Shown: positions 14,220 to 28,270, numbered from the stretch's first letter. The stretch: DNA of 64,000 nucleotides from Octopus vulgaris (GCA_951406725.2 OX597824.1:42098001-42162000); one strand, 5' to 3'. Translations and numbers: made by a program. Notes: generated from the letters alone by a model not told the origin.

Positions 14220-14273
14220 ATTCTGACCGTCTGGTTTCTGACGATGCATAAATGAATACAATCATCAGGGAAT
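14220..14273 (-). ncRNA. Type I hammerhead ribozyme motif
   Basis: Minus strand: attcc CTGATGA ttgtattcatttatgcatcgtca GAAA cc-agac-gg TC agaat. Intact core, GTC cleavage triplet, imperfect stems I and II. Confidence 0.55.
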
Positions 14274-14579
14274 CATTTTGCACAGGTATTTAAGTCTAAT
14301 GATATCTAATAGCTAGTTGGGTTCTAAATGTTTGCTATTCAGCTTTTCTAAAACACATTGTCACCTTTCTCGATTGCGTACTGGGACTCTGATATTGCTG
14401 GCAGGTAACGTACCAAAATCTAGTGATCTGCCTCCATCGCCGTTTGCACATACAACCATCAGTAAAGACATAACTAAAGATACAAGAAAAAAAAAAGATA
14501 AAAGCGAATACCTTCTGTCTGTTTTCATGAAGATTTGAAACTGGAGTCTCATGACTGCAGGAACTCTTTTATACATCAG

Positions 14580-15015
14580 TACGAAATATACTTACTTCTT
14601 TATTGCCCACAAGGGGCTAAACATAGAGGGTACAAACAAGGACAGACAAAGGGATTAATCGATTACATTCACCCCAGTGCGTAACTGGTACTTAATTTAT
14701 TGACCCCGAAAGGATGGAAGGCAAAGTCAATGTCGACCTCGGTGGAATTTGAACTCAGAACGTAACGGCAGACGAAATACCTATTTCTTTACTACCCACA
14801 AGGAGCTAAACACAGAGAGGACAAACAAGGACAGACAAACGGATTAAGTTGATTATATCGACTCCATTGCGTAACTAGTACTTATTTAATCGACCCCGAA
14901 AGGATGGAAGGCAAAGTCAACCTCGGCAGAATTTGAACTCAGAATGTAACGGCAGACGAAATACCGCTAAGCATTTCGCCCGGCACGCTCACGTTTCTGC
15001 CAGCTCACCGCCTTA
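14580..15015 (-). mobile_element. SINE family B, dimeric-body variant
   Basis: Minus strand: GGCGGTGAGCTGGCAGAAACG...GCCGGGCGAAATGCTTAGCGGTATTTCGTCTGCCG, with the body repeated after the junction TTGTGGGTAGTAAAGAAATAGGTATTTCG. Same architecture at 57922-58260. Confidence 0.85.
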
Positions 15016-15645
15016 AAGAAAGATACTTTCTATGACTGTAGCTTAATGTGATTTGTCTTAATCAACAACCTATCATTTAGGGTGTGTGAATGTGTGTGAA
15101 TATGTGTGTGTGTGTGTGGAGGGGGAGTCCTTTGACTTTTACACTCGCCAGTAGAACGTTTCATTGATTTCGTTTTCGCTGTCTTGTACATCAAGCTCAC
15201 GCTATTATTTCAAACAACTGTAAAACCTGGATGAGCGAACTAAATTATATTTTGTCACTTTTTGATGGAGTTTGCACCACATTTTACCTGAGGGCACCAC
15301 ATTTTCCTTACAATTGTGGTCTTTTGAGCTAGCGTTGTAGACGTACCCTGCCCAAGGCTGAGTAGCTGACCCCTGGGTGGTAACAATGCTAGTCAGTGCG
15401 TCTTTCTTATTTTTAATACTTTTTCATCGACTGTTTTTGTTGCAGTTATTGTTGTCTTATAATTTATTATGACTGTTATTATTATTATTGTTCTTGTTGG
15501 CTCTGGGGCTAGGAAGCCATTATAGATCCCGCATATTCTTGCCTCGATTTCACGCCTGTACGCTAAAACGTATTATCAACGTTCCACCATACATACATAC
15601 ATACATACATACATACATACATACATACATACATGCATACATACA

Positions 15646-15677
<32 letters not shown>

Positions 15678-16070
15678 CATACATACATATATAAATATAT
15701 ACGTGCGTGCGTATATTTATATTCACATACACACACGAATACACACGCACACACACACACATATATATATATATACACAGAGTGAGAGGGAGAGAGAGGG
15801 AGAGAGCAAGAAAGAAAGAAAGAAAGAGAGAGAGAGGGAAAGAGAGAGGGACAGACGGAAATAGAAATACAGATATGTCAAATGCCATACAACATGAAAA
15901 TCTTAATTTACTGAAATTGTCTCCGTCTTTTGTGTATATGTCACAGTTATGAAATGGTAAATGAGAACAGTTCCATAACAAAAAAGAAGATAATCTCAGG
16001 AACGAAAAATTTTCTAACGTTTACGTGCCATTAAGCAAAAATAGTTTTATTGTCTGTGGACAAGGGAACA

Positions 16071-16503
16071 GTCATGAACACGTATTTCTCCCTCAATAGC
16101 CGTCATCAGCACGACATTTGCCTTAACTTATCTCCCGCAACCAAGTGACATAGACATGTACACAAAGACTATAATACGTTTAGGATCTATACAATTTATA
16201 TAAATTAAACAAAAATTAACTAAGCAAATTTACTCAGAGTGATCAAAATCAGATATATGAGAAATATAGATAAAGACAGGTATATCAAATACCGTATAAA
16301 ATAAATATAGAAATATTATTATTTCTAAATCTCTCTAAAGGAGACAACGACAGCAGTACTAGATATCAAAAGCTAACATGGCAGTCCAGAAAAATAGGAC
16401 GAATGCTGCCGTTGATTAGCTCGAAGGTTTATATATATTCAGTGAAACACAGCCACTGGTTTTCAAAAATAGAAATATTATTATTTCTAAATCTCTCTAA
16501 AGA
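16071..16503 (-). mobile_element. P1-like partial-tandem element with degenerate hammerhead (16071-16115)
   Basis: Minus strand: gtcgtg CTGATGA cggctattgaggga GAAA tacgtg TT catgac (stem II decayed). Direct repeat ATAGAAATATTATTATTTCTAAATCTCTCTAAAG at ~16307 and ~16469. Confidence 0.5.
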
Positions 16504-16699
16504 AACTAATCTGTGGATGCTTGAAGCAGTATGGAGAAGTTGATGACCTCCCCTGTTCGAAGGTGGTAATAGACACAGGTTTGTGTGTCATATAGCTAGC
16601 TAGAGGCAATGGCCTCTTGGAGCTAATCAACGGCAGCATTCGTCCTATTTTTCTGTACTGCTATGTTACGTACAAAATAAATTTTCTATTTATTATTTT

Positions 16700-16912
16700 A
16701 TTCTTTTACTTGTTTCAGTCATTGGACTGCAGTTTTTGCTGGAGCACAGCCTTGAAAGGTTTTAGTCCGAACAAATCGAACCCAGGACTTAAGTTTTTTT
16801 TAAGCCTTGTACTTATTGTATCAGTCTCTTCTGCTGAACCGCTAAGTTACGGGGACATAAACGCACCAACACCAATTGTCAAGCGGTGATGGAGAGACAA
16901 ACACTGGCACAA
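16700..16912 (-). mobile_element. SINE family A, 3' half
   Basis: TTTTACTTGTTTCAGTCATTGGACTGC...GAACCGCTAAGTTACGGGGAC. Confidence 0.8.
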
Positions 16913-16956
16913 AGTCTCTCTCTCTCTCTCTCGCTTCCTCTCTCTCACACATACAG

Positions 16957-16994
<38 letters not shown>

Positions 16995-17146
16995 GGTTTA
17001 AACAATTAAGATTCAAGTGAGTTCTATTGAATTCACATGAATATGGTACTTAACTTGGATGCACCAGAAATCTATACGGTGTTAACCATACGACAAAGTG
17101 GGGTGATTACAAATAGGAAAAAAAGCAACAAGAATGGATCAATATA

Positions 17147-17231
17147 TCGGTACAATTGTTTCGTACGAAGACATCTTTAATAAGGCTACAAAAATTGCAG
17201 TAAATATAGGTGGCTCGTACTCATCAGCCGA
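17147..17231 (-). ncRNA. Type I hammerhead ribozyme with extended stem II
   Basis: Reverse-complement copy of 17753-17837. Confidence 0.8.
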
Positions 17232-17752
17232 AAAAACATCCGAGATTCCCAAACATCAAAGGGGGTAATGTTACACTCGTGAAACATCATGGAAAGTTCT
17301 ATAAAAATGAGAATTTAGATAACAGATTGGTTTCTAAGAGTTCAATTAGTATTACACAGTCTTTTATCAGGTTTTTAAAAGTTTTTTAAAACATATTAGT
17401 TTTCAGAAAGTGAAGATAAAAGTGAGGGTGTGATTTATCCGTATTGAAGAAAGTTTCCAGGAATCTGATGAGAGGTATCGTACTTCACGTGAGTACGATA
17501 CCTCTCATCAGATCTCCAGGAATCAAACTTTCTTCAATACGGATAAACTCACACCCTCACGTTTATCTTCACTTTCTGGAAAACTAATATGTTTTGAAAA
17601 AACTTTTAAAAACCTAATAAAAGACTGTGTAATACTAATTGAACTCTTAGAAACCAATCTGTTATCTAAATTCTCATTTTTATAGAACTTTCCATGATGT
17701 TTCACGAGTGTAACATTACCCCCTTTGATGTTTGGGAATCTCGGATGTTTTT

Positions 17753-17837
17753 TCGGCTGATGAGTACGAGCCACCTATATTTACTGCAATTTTTGTAGCT
17801 TTATTAAAGATGTCTTCGTACGAAACAATTGTACCGA
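17753..17837 (+). ncRNA. Type I hammerhead ribozyme with extended stem II
   Basis: tcgg CTGATGA gtacga...(long insert)...tcgtac GAAA caattg TA ccga. Canonical core, G-C opening stem II, palindromic stem III, GTA triplet, 4-bp stem I. Confidence 0.82.
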
Positions 17838-17940
17838 TATATTGATCCATTCTTGTTGCTTTTTTTCCTATATATATATATATATATATATTTTTATATA
17901 TAAAAGAATAAAAGAATAAAAGAATAAAAGAAAAGAATAT

Positions 17941-18406
17941 CCCGGTCTCGTGTCATTTCCGCTCTACCAGTCATTCTTTATAACACCTGTCTGTGTTCGG
18001 ATTGTCCTTGAACAGATTCTATCCGGACTCCAGTCTTCGCTGTGAACGCTAGCCACTAAATCTTTTTTATTTTCTCTCTTTGCTTACTTCAGTGTTCCTA
18101 TCTGTTGAAGAGCGTAGGCTCGAAACATAAAAGACTTTCTCATTTCCCAAGCGTTAAACTAATACATCTACTCTTTACTCTCTTTTACTCTTTTACTTGT
18201 TTCAGTCATTTGGCTGTGGCCATGCTGGAGCACCACCTTTTAGTCGAGCAAATCGACCCCAGGACTTATTCTTTGCAAGCCTAGTACTTATTCTATAGGT
18301 CTCTTTTGCCGAACCGCTAAGTTACGGGTACGTAAACACACCAGCATCGGTTGTCAAGCGATGTTGAGGGACAACAAACACAGACACACAAACACATACA
18401 CACACA

Positions 18407-18457
<51 letters not shown>

Positions 18458-18572
18458 CAACGGGCTTCTTTCAGTTTCCGTCTACCAAATCCACTCACAA
18501 GGCTTTGGTCAGCCCGAGGCTATAGTGTTTGTTATTTACACACCTGTCTTCGTCTTTTGTTTTGTAAATTCC

Positions 18573-18577
<5 letters not shown>
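17941..18577 (+). mobile_element. Repeat family P3 with hammerhead-like core (18102-18130), interrupted by a SINE
   Basis: CTGTTGAAGAGCGTAGGCTCGAAACATAAAA...AGCGTTAAACTAATAC. Resumes after the SINE at ~18526 and ends in (TA)n. Homologous to 28602-28812 and 47358-47575(-). Confidence 0.6.
18168..18525 (-). mobile_element. SINE family A (5' truncated), nested in a P3 element
   Basis: (ACTCTTTT)n tail, CAGTCATTTGGCTGTGGCCATGCTGGAGCACC...CGGGCTTCTTTCAGTTTCCGTCTACCAAATCCACTCACAAGG. Confidence 0.85.
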
Positions 18578-18626
<49 letters not shown>

Positions 18627-18644
18627 ATACACACACATATATAT

Positions 18645-18810
18645 ATGGCGGACTTCTTTCAGTTTCTGTCAACCAAATCTTCTCACGAGGCTTTAGTCAG
18701 CCGGAGGCTATAGTGGAAGACACTTGCCCAAGGTGTCAAGCAGTGGGACTGAAACTGGAGCTATGTGGTTGGGAAGCAATCTTCTCAACACATAGCCACG
18801 CCTGCGCCTA
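18645..18810 (-). mobile_element. SINE family A, 5' half
   Basis: GACACTTGCCCAAGGTG...GTGGGACTGAA...GTGGTTGGGAAGCAA. Confidence 0.8.
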
Positions 18811-18879
18811 TTTAATAAAATCATTTTCGCCTCTTGAGAAGTACCATAAATACCAAATAGTAATGTATGTATGTGGTAT

Positions 18880-18928
<49 letters not shown>

Positions 18929-19069
18929 TGTGATATCTAAATCTTCCTTCGACGCCACCACTTCATCTAGCTTGCAATTAAGTACCTTCTTCGTGTTACT
19001 ATATAAATGGTATTGTGTAGAGTTATGTATAAAAGCTCCTTCCCGAGTCATATAGAGTCATAGGACCGG

Positions 19070-19282
19070 ACCGGTTTCCTGGATTGTTTAGCGTATATAC
19101 TCTATCACTCTGGATGAGATGCCGGTCCATCGCAGTCATACTCACTTTTGCCAGCTAAGAAGCCTGAAGCAACGAGAAATGAAGTGTTTTGCTCAAGAAG
19201 ACTAAGAACCACCCGGTCCAGGAATCGAAAGCACAACCTTATTATCACGAGTCCAAAACCCTAACCACTTGGCCGCGCGCCT
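19070..19282 (-). mobile_element. SINE family C
   Basis: GAAGTGTTTTGCTCAAGAA...CCGGTCCAGGAATCGAAA...CCTAACCACTTGGCCGCGCGCC. Confidence 0.75.
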
Positions 19283-19604
19283 AGAGTTATGTATGCCTCA
19301 GACCATAGAATTCTTAGCCTTCGTGTTGTTGTTGTTGTTGTTGTTTCTATGGTTACTTATGCTGTTTTTGTTGTTCTTATTCAGCCCTAGGTGTACCGTC
19401 ATCGTACAAACGTACGTTCAAAAGCATTCCAGCCTTTACCATCCATATCACTATCCTATGTGTCCTTCCTGTTTTCAAGAATGTAGCCTGTGAACTTTTT
19501 ACATCTTTTTTTTTATGGGAGATTTGACCGCTCTTTTTTGTTGGCAAAAAAATCACTGATGGCTCCCTCTATATTGTCGATGTTGCTGCTGCCATCTCTA
19601 TCTT

Positions 19605-19900
19605 TCTTTTATCTTTTATCTTTTTACATGCTTCAGTCCCTAGGCCGCAGTCATACTGGAGCACTGCCTTAAACGAATTAGTCGAGCAAATCGAACCCAA
19701 TAATTATGTTTTTAAAACCTGGTGCTTATTCTAAGGATCTCTTTTTTGTCGAACGACTACGTTACAGGGAGGTAAAAAAAAACAACTCCGGTTGTCAAGG
19801 AGTGGTAGAGAACAAACACAAATACACACACATATGCAAGACAGTTGCTTAGAGTGCCATACAGTGGGACTGAAACCGAAGCCATGTGGTTAAGCGCCTA
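19605..19900 (-). mobile_element. SINE family A, degenerate
   Basis: CAGTCATACTGGAGCACTGCCTT...GTGGGACTGAAACCGAAGCCATGTGG. Confidence 0.65.
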
Positions 19901-20530
19901 TTACGCTTATCTTTTTTGTTGCTTTTGGTATAGGCTTTCTCTTGTTTTTGTTGTCCCCTCACTGTGATTTTATTGCTTTCGCCCTTCTCACGTTCACTAT
20001 CATCGTTGCTATTGTTATCGCTGACGTTACCGTCATCGTTGTTGTTATTGTTCTTGATGCTTCAGTTGTTGTTCAATATGCATTTTAAAACTAATTATAC
20101 GGTATTCCTATTCGCTGTTATTTATTTCGTTGTTGTTTAATTTTTCGTTCCCAAATTTTATTCAGCATTTATAATGGGTATTATTTTATATATATTTCTA
20201 TCATTCTCTCTCTAATAAAACAGCCTTATTGGCTACACTTGTTATAAGAGTCTACCTCAAGAGCAAATTCTGTAACCATTTGTAAATCTTCCCAGCAGAC
20301 GGCCAATAAAATCCAAGTACCTTGCCCTCCAGGGAAGTTATTCCACAAGGAATGCTCTTCATGGTTATTAAATATTTCATAAATTCGGAGAAACAATAAG
20401 GAAACTTATTAGTATTAGTCATTTATTATTACATGGAAAAATGCGAGCAAGGCAAATAATATTCCTAAGATTATAAACCTGGAAAAGTACAGGTCAAGTT
20501 ATTACACTTGGAAAAGTTCAGGTCACCTTA

Positions 20531-21315
<785 letters not shown>

Positions 21316-21695
21316 GATATATTGTGCTTTTAAAATAAAAAAGGTATTTAGATCTAAACTTGATTGGAGGCGTTACTTACTCTCCTATAACATTGCAACA
21401 ACTTTTGATGTAAACTTTTTTCTACTGGACTAAAACTCAATATTTTTATGGCAAACTATAGCTAGGGACCAGCCCTCTTCAAAAATGTTAAATGTTTTCA
21501 ATTTAGTTAAGAATTGGATTAGCGACAAAGCTTTGAAAAGGCAGTGTGTGAGTAAATTGCGGCCTTCAGAATTTTATTCAACAACTAATGTAGTTGAATG
21601 ATAATCTGAGATAATGTTATCAAGCGGTTATTAAAAAGTAGTGTTATTTAAAATTAGTGTGCTTCAAACATACGCAGGATATGTTATGACCATGT

Positions 21696-22016
21696 GAAGG
21701 TGCGTGGCTTAGTGGCAAGGGTATTCGGCTTATGATCATAAGGTCGTGTGTTCGAAAACCGGCGGCGCTTTGCGTCTTTGAGCTGTACACTTTATTTCAC
21801 TTTGCTGCAGTCCACTCAGCTAGCAAAGATGAGTAGTACCTGTAATTCAAAGGGCAAACCTTGTCACATTCAGTGTCACTCCGAATCTCCATGGGAACTA
21901 CGTGAAGGGTATACATGTCTATGGCGTGCTCAGCCACTTGCACTTTAATTTTCCGAGCAGTTCTGTTGATCGGATCAACTGGAATCCTCGCCGTCGTAGC
22001 CAAGGGAGTGCCAGTG
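21696..22016 (+). mobile_element. SINE family C, near full length
   Basis: GAAGGTGCGTGGCTTAGTGG...GTTCGAAAACC...GATCGGATCAACTGGAA...GGAGTGCCAGT. Collinear with 1053-1360. Confidence 0.8.
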
Positions 22017-22227
22017 TGTGTTATTAATATGACTTCGGCTTAATGTTATCAGCTGCTTATTGTTATCTAAATGGCTCTACACCCAAAGTGATCGCAATAA
22101 GTAATTTCAACTGTATATTCAGTAGATATACAGTAAATGTGGAGCTGTTTTAATTTAAAGATAAATTTCTTAGTATACCTGACAACCAGCCAATTAGAAC
22201 CTTAATAGCGATAGCTGCCCCTTACAC

Positions 22228-22482
22228 CAGCTGTTCAGAGTCATTTTGTACTTATGGACCCCTTTGATTCCAATTTTTATTCTAGAGGATCCTTATAGCT
22301 ATTCAGTGTTCAAGAAAATCCTTCTATATTTTTATAATTAAATATTATAAAGAATTGTATTTAAAAAATTGTTAAAATATTTCATGCATTGTAGAAGCAT
22401 AACCAAATTTATTGTACATAAATTTTAACAAAATCTTATTTGGACACCTAAGGACCGTGTGGACTCCATTTGAGAACCACTG
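22228..22482. mobile_element. hAT-type MITE
   Basis: Starts CAG, ends TTGAGAACCACTG. Flanks CCTTACAC / CCTCAAAC match at 6 of 8, consistent with a decayed 8-bp TSD. Confidence 0.55.
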
Positions 22483-23319
22483 CCTCAAACGATTACACAG
22501 ACATGTAAGGAGGAATCTTGGACGTGGTCACTCATCTTGCTAGTCATAGCAGCCTAGTCTGTCACAAAATACGCTCTACTGTTGTAAATAAAGAAATGGC
22601 ACATTATTTCTTATGGTTTAGTCAGAGGAAAAAGAATAACGCTCATAGCCCTTTTCTCGGGAACTCCAGAACTCCACTGAAGTGAAGGGCGGAGGTTATT
22701 ATGTTCAAGTTTGAAATCTTATTCAAATGCATAGAAACGAGTGAGCTCCGTTAAAGATACTCAAAGGTCATATGTTGTGAGTTAAAATAAGCGACCGCTT
22801 AAGCCTACCAACCGATAGATAAGGTATCCTAATAAGTCCTTAAAAGGATGGAATGTTCACGGACAGAAGGCCGCTAATCGTACACCTGTTCAATCAGAGT
22901 AGACTCGAGGTTAAACACTACCAAAACCACCACCACCACCACCACCACCACTACCACCAACACCACCACCACTACCACCACCACCACCACTGCCGCCGCC
23001 GCCGTCTTCGTTACCATCATCATCAACACATCAAACAACAAGGCCACGAATCTTAAAACACTCGGTTCAGTACATCCAGAATGTGACGACTACTTATTTT
23101 ATGAGCTCACGACGGAAATTGAAGACAGAGTGCGACGAGATGCCATTAACCGCTGTTTTGTCTGTCTTTACCCTATTTTTATAATTAATCATCCTCTGCT
23201 ATAATAATCGCAAGGTTTTTAACCAATCATACATGAATCCAAACTTCCGAGAGGACTTTGTAATTGGTTTACATTGACTTCAGTGCCAGATTGGTCGCGG
23301 AATAGCACTAAATATTTAG

Positions 23320-23480
23320 CAGCATTTGTTCCGGTTTTACGCTCTGGGTTCAAATGCCATCAAGGTCGACTTTGCCTTTCATCCTTTTGAGATCGATGAA
23401 ATAAGTACCAGTCGAGCACTTGGGTCGATATAATCGACTAGCCCCATCCATAAAATTTCAAAAATAGAAGAAAGGCCTAT
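23320..23480 (+). mobile_element. SINE family B fragment
   Basis: GGTTCAAAT...AGGTCGACTTTGCCTTTCATCC...AATAAGTACCAGT. Confidence 0.7.
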
Positions 23481-23489
23481 TATTATTAC

Positions 23490-23634
<145 letters not shown>

Positions 23635-26600
23635 GTTATTGCTGTTGTTGTTGTTGTTATTGTTGTTGTTGTTGTTGTTATTATTATTGTTGTTGTTGTT
23701 GTTGTTGTATATTGCTGAAACTGAAAGTGTTTTGGAAGCGCCGTGAGTCTGTGTTTTTTCTTTGTAGTAGTCTGTTTTTTTTTTCTTTACGATATTGTTA
23801 CACTTTGTAACTTAATTGACCAGAACCAAAGGGACTGATCAACCAATTTTGTTACTTGCTCTACAGAGCAAAAGTTTAAAAGAAAGAAAAATTTCAAAGC
23901 ATAGAAAAATTTTGAAAATGGCGTTGCGTTTTTCAACTATTCAGCAAGACAGGAAGTGGGGTGGAGATTTTGAAATATAAACGTCAACACAATACTACAG
24001 ACGTTGTAGTAATTAAAAATAGTAACAGCGACATTATTAGCAACAACATCAAGAGTAGCAGGAGCAAGAACAGTGACATGTCAAACAAAGAAGCTCGCAA
24101 AATCAGAAGTAGCAAAAAAATCATGCGTTTTCACTGCTATAGTAACAACACACTCTAGCAATACAAACAAAATCACCACCACCACTATCCTCCAATACGA
24201 AGTAATAATGACAGCGATAACAATGATACTAATAACAACAGCGGCAGCTGCTGTGGAAGCACCGCAAAAATATTTCTATTGCCAAGATAATCAACGTTTA
24301 CGACCTTATCTTTCTAGTCCAAAACCATCAACTTCTTTTACAAGAGGCTGAAAGACATTAACAGACTACAACACGGAAAACTACGTACAATATACCGCAA
24401 CATTTTAGACCAAACAGAAAGACGAACAATACTGTATAGATGCACCTCGACGAAAACACAAATTAGTGCGTATACCTTCAGACTAAACTGAACTCTTATT
24501 AAAAGATACTTAACCAGACATTACTTTTGTGGGATATGCCTGTAAATTCTGGTTTATCTGATATATTTTCCTCTCACAAATCCTGGCCCAGAAATATTCC
24601 TCTGACTCACAAAGTAACGAGCATTTTGTGCTGACAAAAATTTATAGAGAGAAATCTGAGTAAAATCCCAAATATATCACCATAACTAGATTTCGATTCG
24701 GGTGAAACCTGGGACATTTGATAAAACTCCTGACCTAATAGTGATTTCTGGAGAGCAGCAACTGTAAATTGTAGTGGAAGATAGAAGGCCTTGATGCTAC
24801 ATTTGTGAAATCACTATTCCCCTTAAAGCTTTCTGAAAGCTGAAAGAGGGCCTCCCCTACTGCCAACACCACGGCAACATCAACAACAATGGCTGCAACC
24901 GCATCGCAAATAACTACAGTAACTAAGCAAAAAAATGTAACCGTCGCAATGATGAACGTAAACCAACTACAAGAGTGGAGGCAGCAGCTATAGCAACAAC
25001 CACACAAACAGTGGAGGTAACAACAAACAACAGAAAACACCCAACCATTAAGGACCAACACATAAAAGATAATAGCGACATCAACAGGAAACCCCTAAAA
25101 CCACAAAAATATATCAACAACATAACAAAACCGAAAATCTTCACAAGACATGCACCTCCCCAACACACACTACTCTGGCATGTGTCTCACAGCAAGTGTG
25201 ATGGTGAGGAGCCTAAATGGCTATAAGTTACTAATACAAACACAAGAAGAAAAACAAAAATCAAACCAGTAAAATTCTGGCAGACATGGACAAACCAGCA
25301 GATGCTTTTGAGCAATGATGAAACCGCACCACACCCAATACCAGCTACACCAGTCAATAATATCACCACCACCACCACCATCCCCATCACAGTCCAAGTA
25401 CAACCTAATTCTTAAACACAGACCAAATTGGAATACACACTCCAGCATGAACAAAAAAGAAAAAAAGTCATTAAATACAAGGCCATAAATACAAGCAATA
25501 AAAAAATAACCACTCTCATACACCAAAATGCAAGCATCACGCAAAACAACTACCTTGCATTAAGTAATTGCATACCAGCACGCATGGTAATCATCCAAAT
25601 ATCACAAGACACATAAAACATCTTAAAAAATAATAATGTGAAGGATTGGAAGACTTCAGGGGAAATATAAACAAATGACTATATAAAAAAATGCCTGTGG
25701 AAACATCCTCTGCCAGTCGGAGTGACGAAATACCTGCCTCTCCATAGGAATAAGTGTTCCTGTCTTACTTTCCACCTGCCTACAATCATCCTGGTAAGCA
25801 TAAATGCTTGGGGTTTGAGTCACCGTAGAAGCAGCGCTACATACTTATTGATCTCAGGTCACTAGATATAGATGTTGTAACCCATCAGCGAGGCCTGGAT
25901 TTCTCAGTCTTGAGCGTTCATGCTCATGTACACATCTCCAAATTGATCTCAATTGGGAGTTGGAGGGGTTGTGTTGCTTCAGAAGGACCTGCGAGGAAAC
26001 CAGGATTATTCAATTGCCTACAGGCCTTCCTCAGAAAGTCCGGCTCATCACTGATAGAAGACGCTTGGAACACTATCTTGAATGCATATTTGAATGGTGT
26101 AAGGATAACTGTTAAGAGAGAGAGAGAGTGTAAACATTTCACAAACCTCCTCAGTCGTTTCCAACAGACTGACCGCTAAAGTCTGAATATCCTGAATGTG
26201 CCAGTGCAAACATGGACAACCCACATCAGGTCATCCATGTTGTATTTAAATGATATTCGGCAGACTAGTCGCTAACGATAGCATGTTCACAATATAAAAT
26301 CGTCGGCTACTAAGGCCAGAAATTTGTGATCTACACGACAAATTATCGATATGGTTTAGTAACGTTGCAGTGATAGAAGTTACTAGAATTAAAAAGCTAA
26401 AGCTCGTGCTCTAAGACACATTGGGGACGAAAGGTTTCTCTTCCGGTTTCTATAGAGAGGATGCGTTCCACTAATCTGACAGTTTCTTCGTTGTCAACAC
26501 TCGCTGATTGGAGAATTTGGTTTGCCTTTGGCTATTAATGCGTAGACAAGCTCTGAGTTACGATATTCAGCGTTTCCGTGACTGTGCGCAGGTGTGACAG

Positions 26601-27419
26601 CCATTAAACTCACTTTCTCAAAACTCATTTTTTTGACTGCCCTGCAGTCCTGGATCAAACGCAGACCGAGACAGTATGCCTGACACCTGAAACATCAGTA
26701 GGCACTCACAGTCCTCTGCCAGTCTAACAGTGCGTTTGGTGGAAGTTCCACTCTGTCGTTTTACAGAGTCTCAGCCAGAGATCTCAAGTACGAGCAAAGA
26801 GGATGCTTTAGTATGGATGTTATTTATGATAAGCAGTAATATATTGTAAGGAAACGATTCTAGGGATTAAGACTCTCTTAAATATGAAATATTTCGATTA
26901 TGAAAGAGTTTTAAGAGAATCAGGTATTTACTGGTTGACAGTGTTTTTCTTAAGATACAAACAGAATCAATGAAAACATTTTTTTGTTTTTGTAGTTCTC
27001 ATACTTTTAGGTTTCCTGGTATTTGGCCAAAGTGTTTACGAGTGCCATTCAGTATTGTCTCCAACACACCGATGATGACACGTAGAGTTATCGTTCTTAG
27101 ATGCCACTCCTCCTACTCCTCCTTATCACCATCACCATCGTCATCAGTATGATGAGACGTATACCAAGACATGCTCATTACAGAGCAATCATAAATATGA
27201 TTAATGAATGTTATGAACATTGATCAATATCAGTATTCTAAACACTGGTGGAGGTCTATGAAGGGACAACGCTTCACTTGTTGCAGCCAAGAATTCCAAT
27301 CTAGCCAAGAAAAAGCCCACAAAATTTTACATAAATTTCTCAGTAATTTCAATATTATTATTAACTTCAAAAATACCAAATCCTAGACATAACATTTAAA
27401 TTCATACTCATAGTTTCCC

Positions 27420-27560
27420 AAAATTCCGCCGAGGCTCACTTTACCTTTCATCCCCTTCGGGGTAGAGAAAACAAGTACCTAGCAATTGAGCACTGGGGGT
27501 TGATGTAATAGACTTACCCCCTCCTCCGAACTTGCTGGCTTTGTGCCAAAATTTCTGATC
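27420..27560 (+). mobile_element. SINE family B fragment
   Basis: AAATTCCGCCGAGG...CCTTTCATCCCCTTCGGGG...GAGCACTGGGG. Confidence 0.65.
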
Positions 27561-27713
27561 AATATCTGTATTTGCCACATGGGTGTCAAATAATAAGCAG
27601 AGAACACAATTATTTCACGTCAATACGTGTAGTGACAGAAACAGGAATAGGGACTACACAGCACTGGGGTAACAAAGAACTTAAAGGAAAATATAATCAA
27701 TGATAATAATAAC

Positions 27714-27778
<65 letters not shown>

Positions 27779-27916
27779 TAATAATCATTTGATTTTTCGC
27801 ACAAAGAAGATGAAAACTGCTCTCTCTCCCTCTCCCTCTCTCTCCCCCTCTCTCTCTCTCCGACTACAATGCTGATGTGTTATTCGAAATATAAAAGAAC
27901 TTTAAATATACATACA

Positions 27917-27982
<66 letters not shown>

Positions 27983-28270
27983 GCGTGTGTGCGTATGCGT
28001 GTGTTTATGTGTGTATGTTTGCGTTTGTGTATGAGTGCGCGTATGAGTGTGTGTGTGTGTGTGTGTGTGATATATGCATATTCATTCGTTCAATTCACAC
28101 GCCGCCACTCACTTTACAGCGTCCACGATAACGCGTGTGACAATGAACTCATGAGAAAAATCAATGTGTTACTTGTATATATGAATGTACGCGCGCATGT
28201 ATGCGTATATATCTGTCTGTACGTATGTATGTATGTACATATGCCTTTATTATGCATGTATATTTGTAGG

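Larger units (their letters stand above)
16993..17871. mobile_element. Spacer-less ~760-bp palindromic element with two hammerheads and a one-sided tail, inserted in (TA)n
   Basis: Arm 17113-17488 is the near-perfect reverse complement of 17489-17871, centred on CAC|GTG. An extra ~120-bp tail at 16993-17112. (TA)n on both flanks. Confidence 0.85.

Noticed and set aside
17465-17512. CTGATGAG at the centre of the 17-kb palindrome as an additional hammerhead
   Set aside because: It is cut by the inversion point and no paired GAAA/stem III follows. At most a truncated remnant.
24400-26260. Possible retroelement ORF1/ORF2 relic in an A/C-rich segment
   Set aside because: No diagnostic motif could be recognised by eye. 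Left unannotated pending BLASTx.
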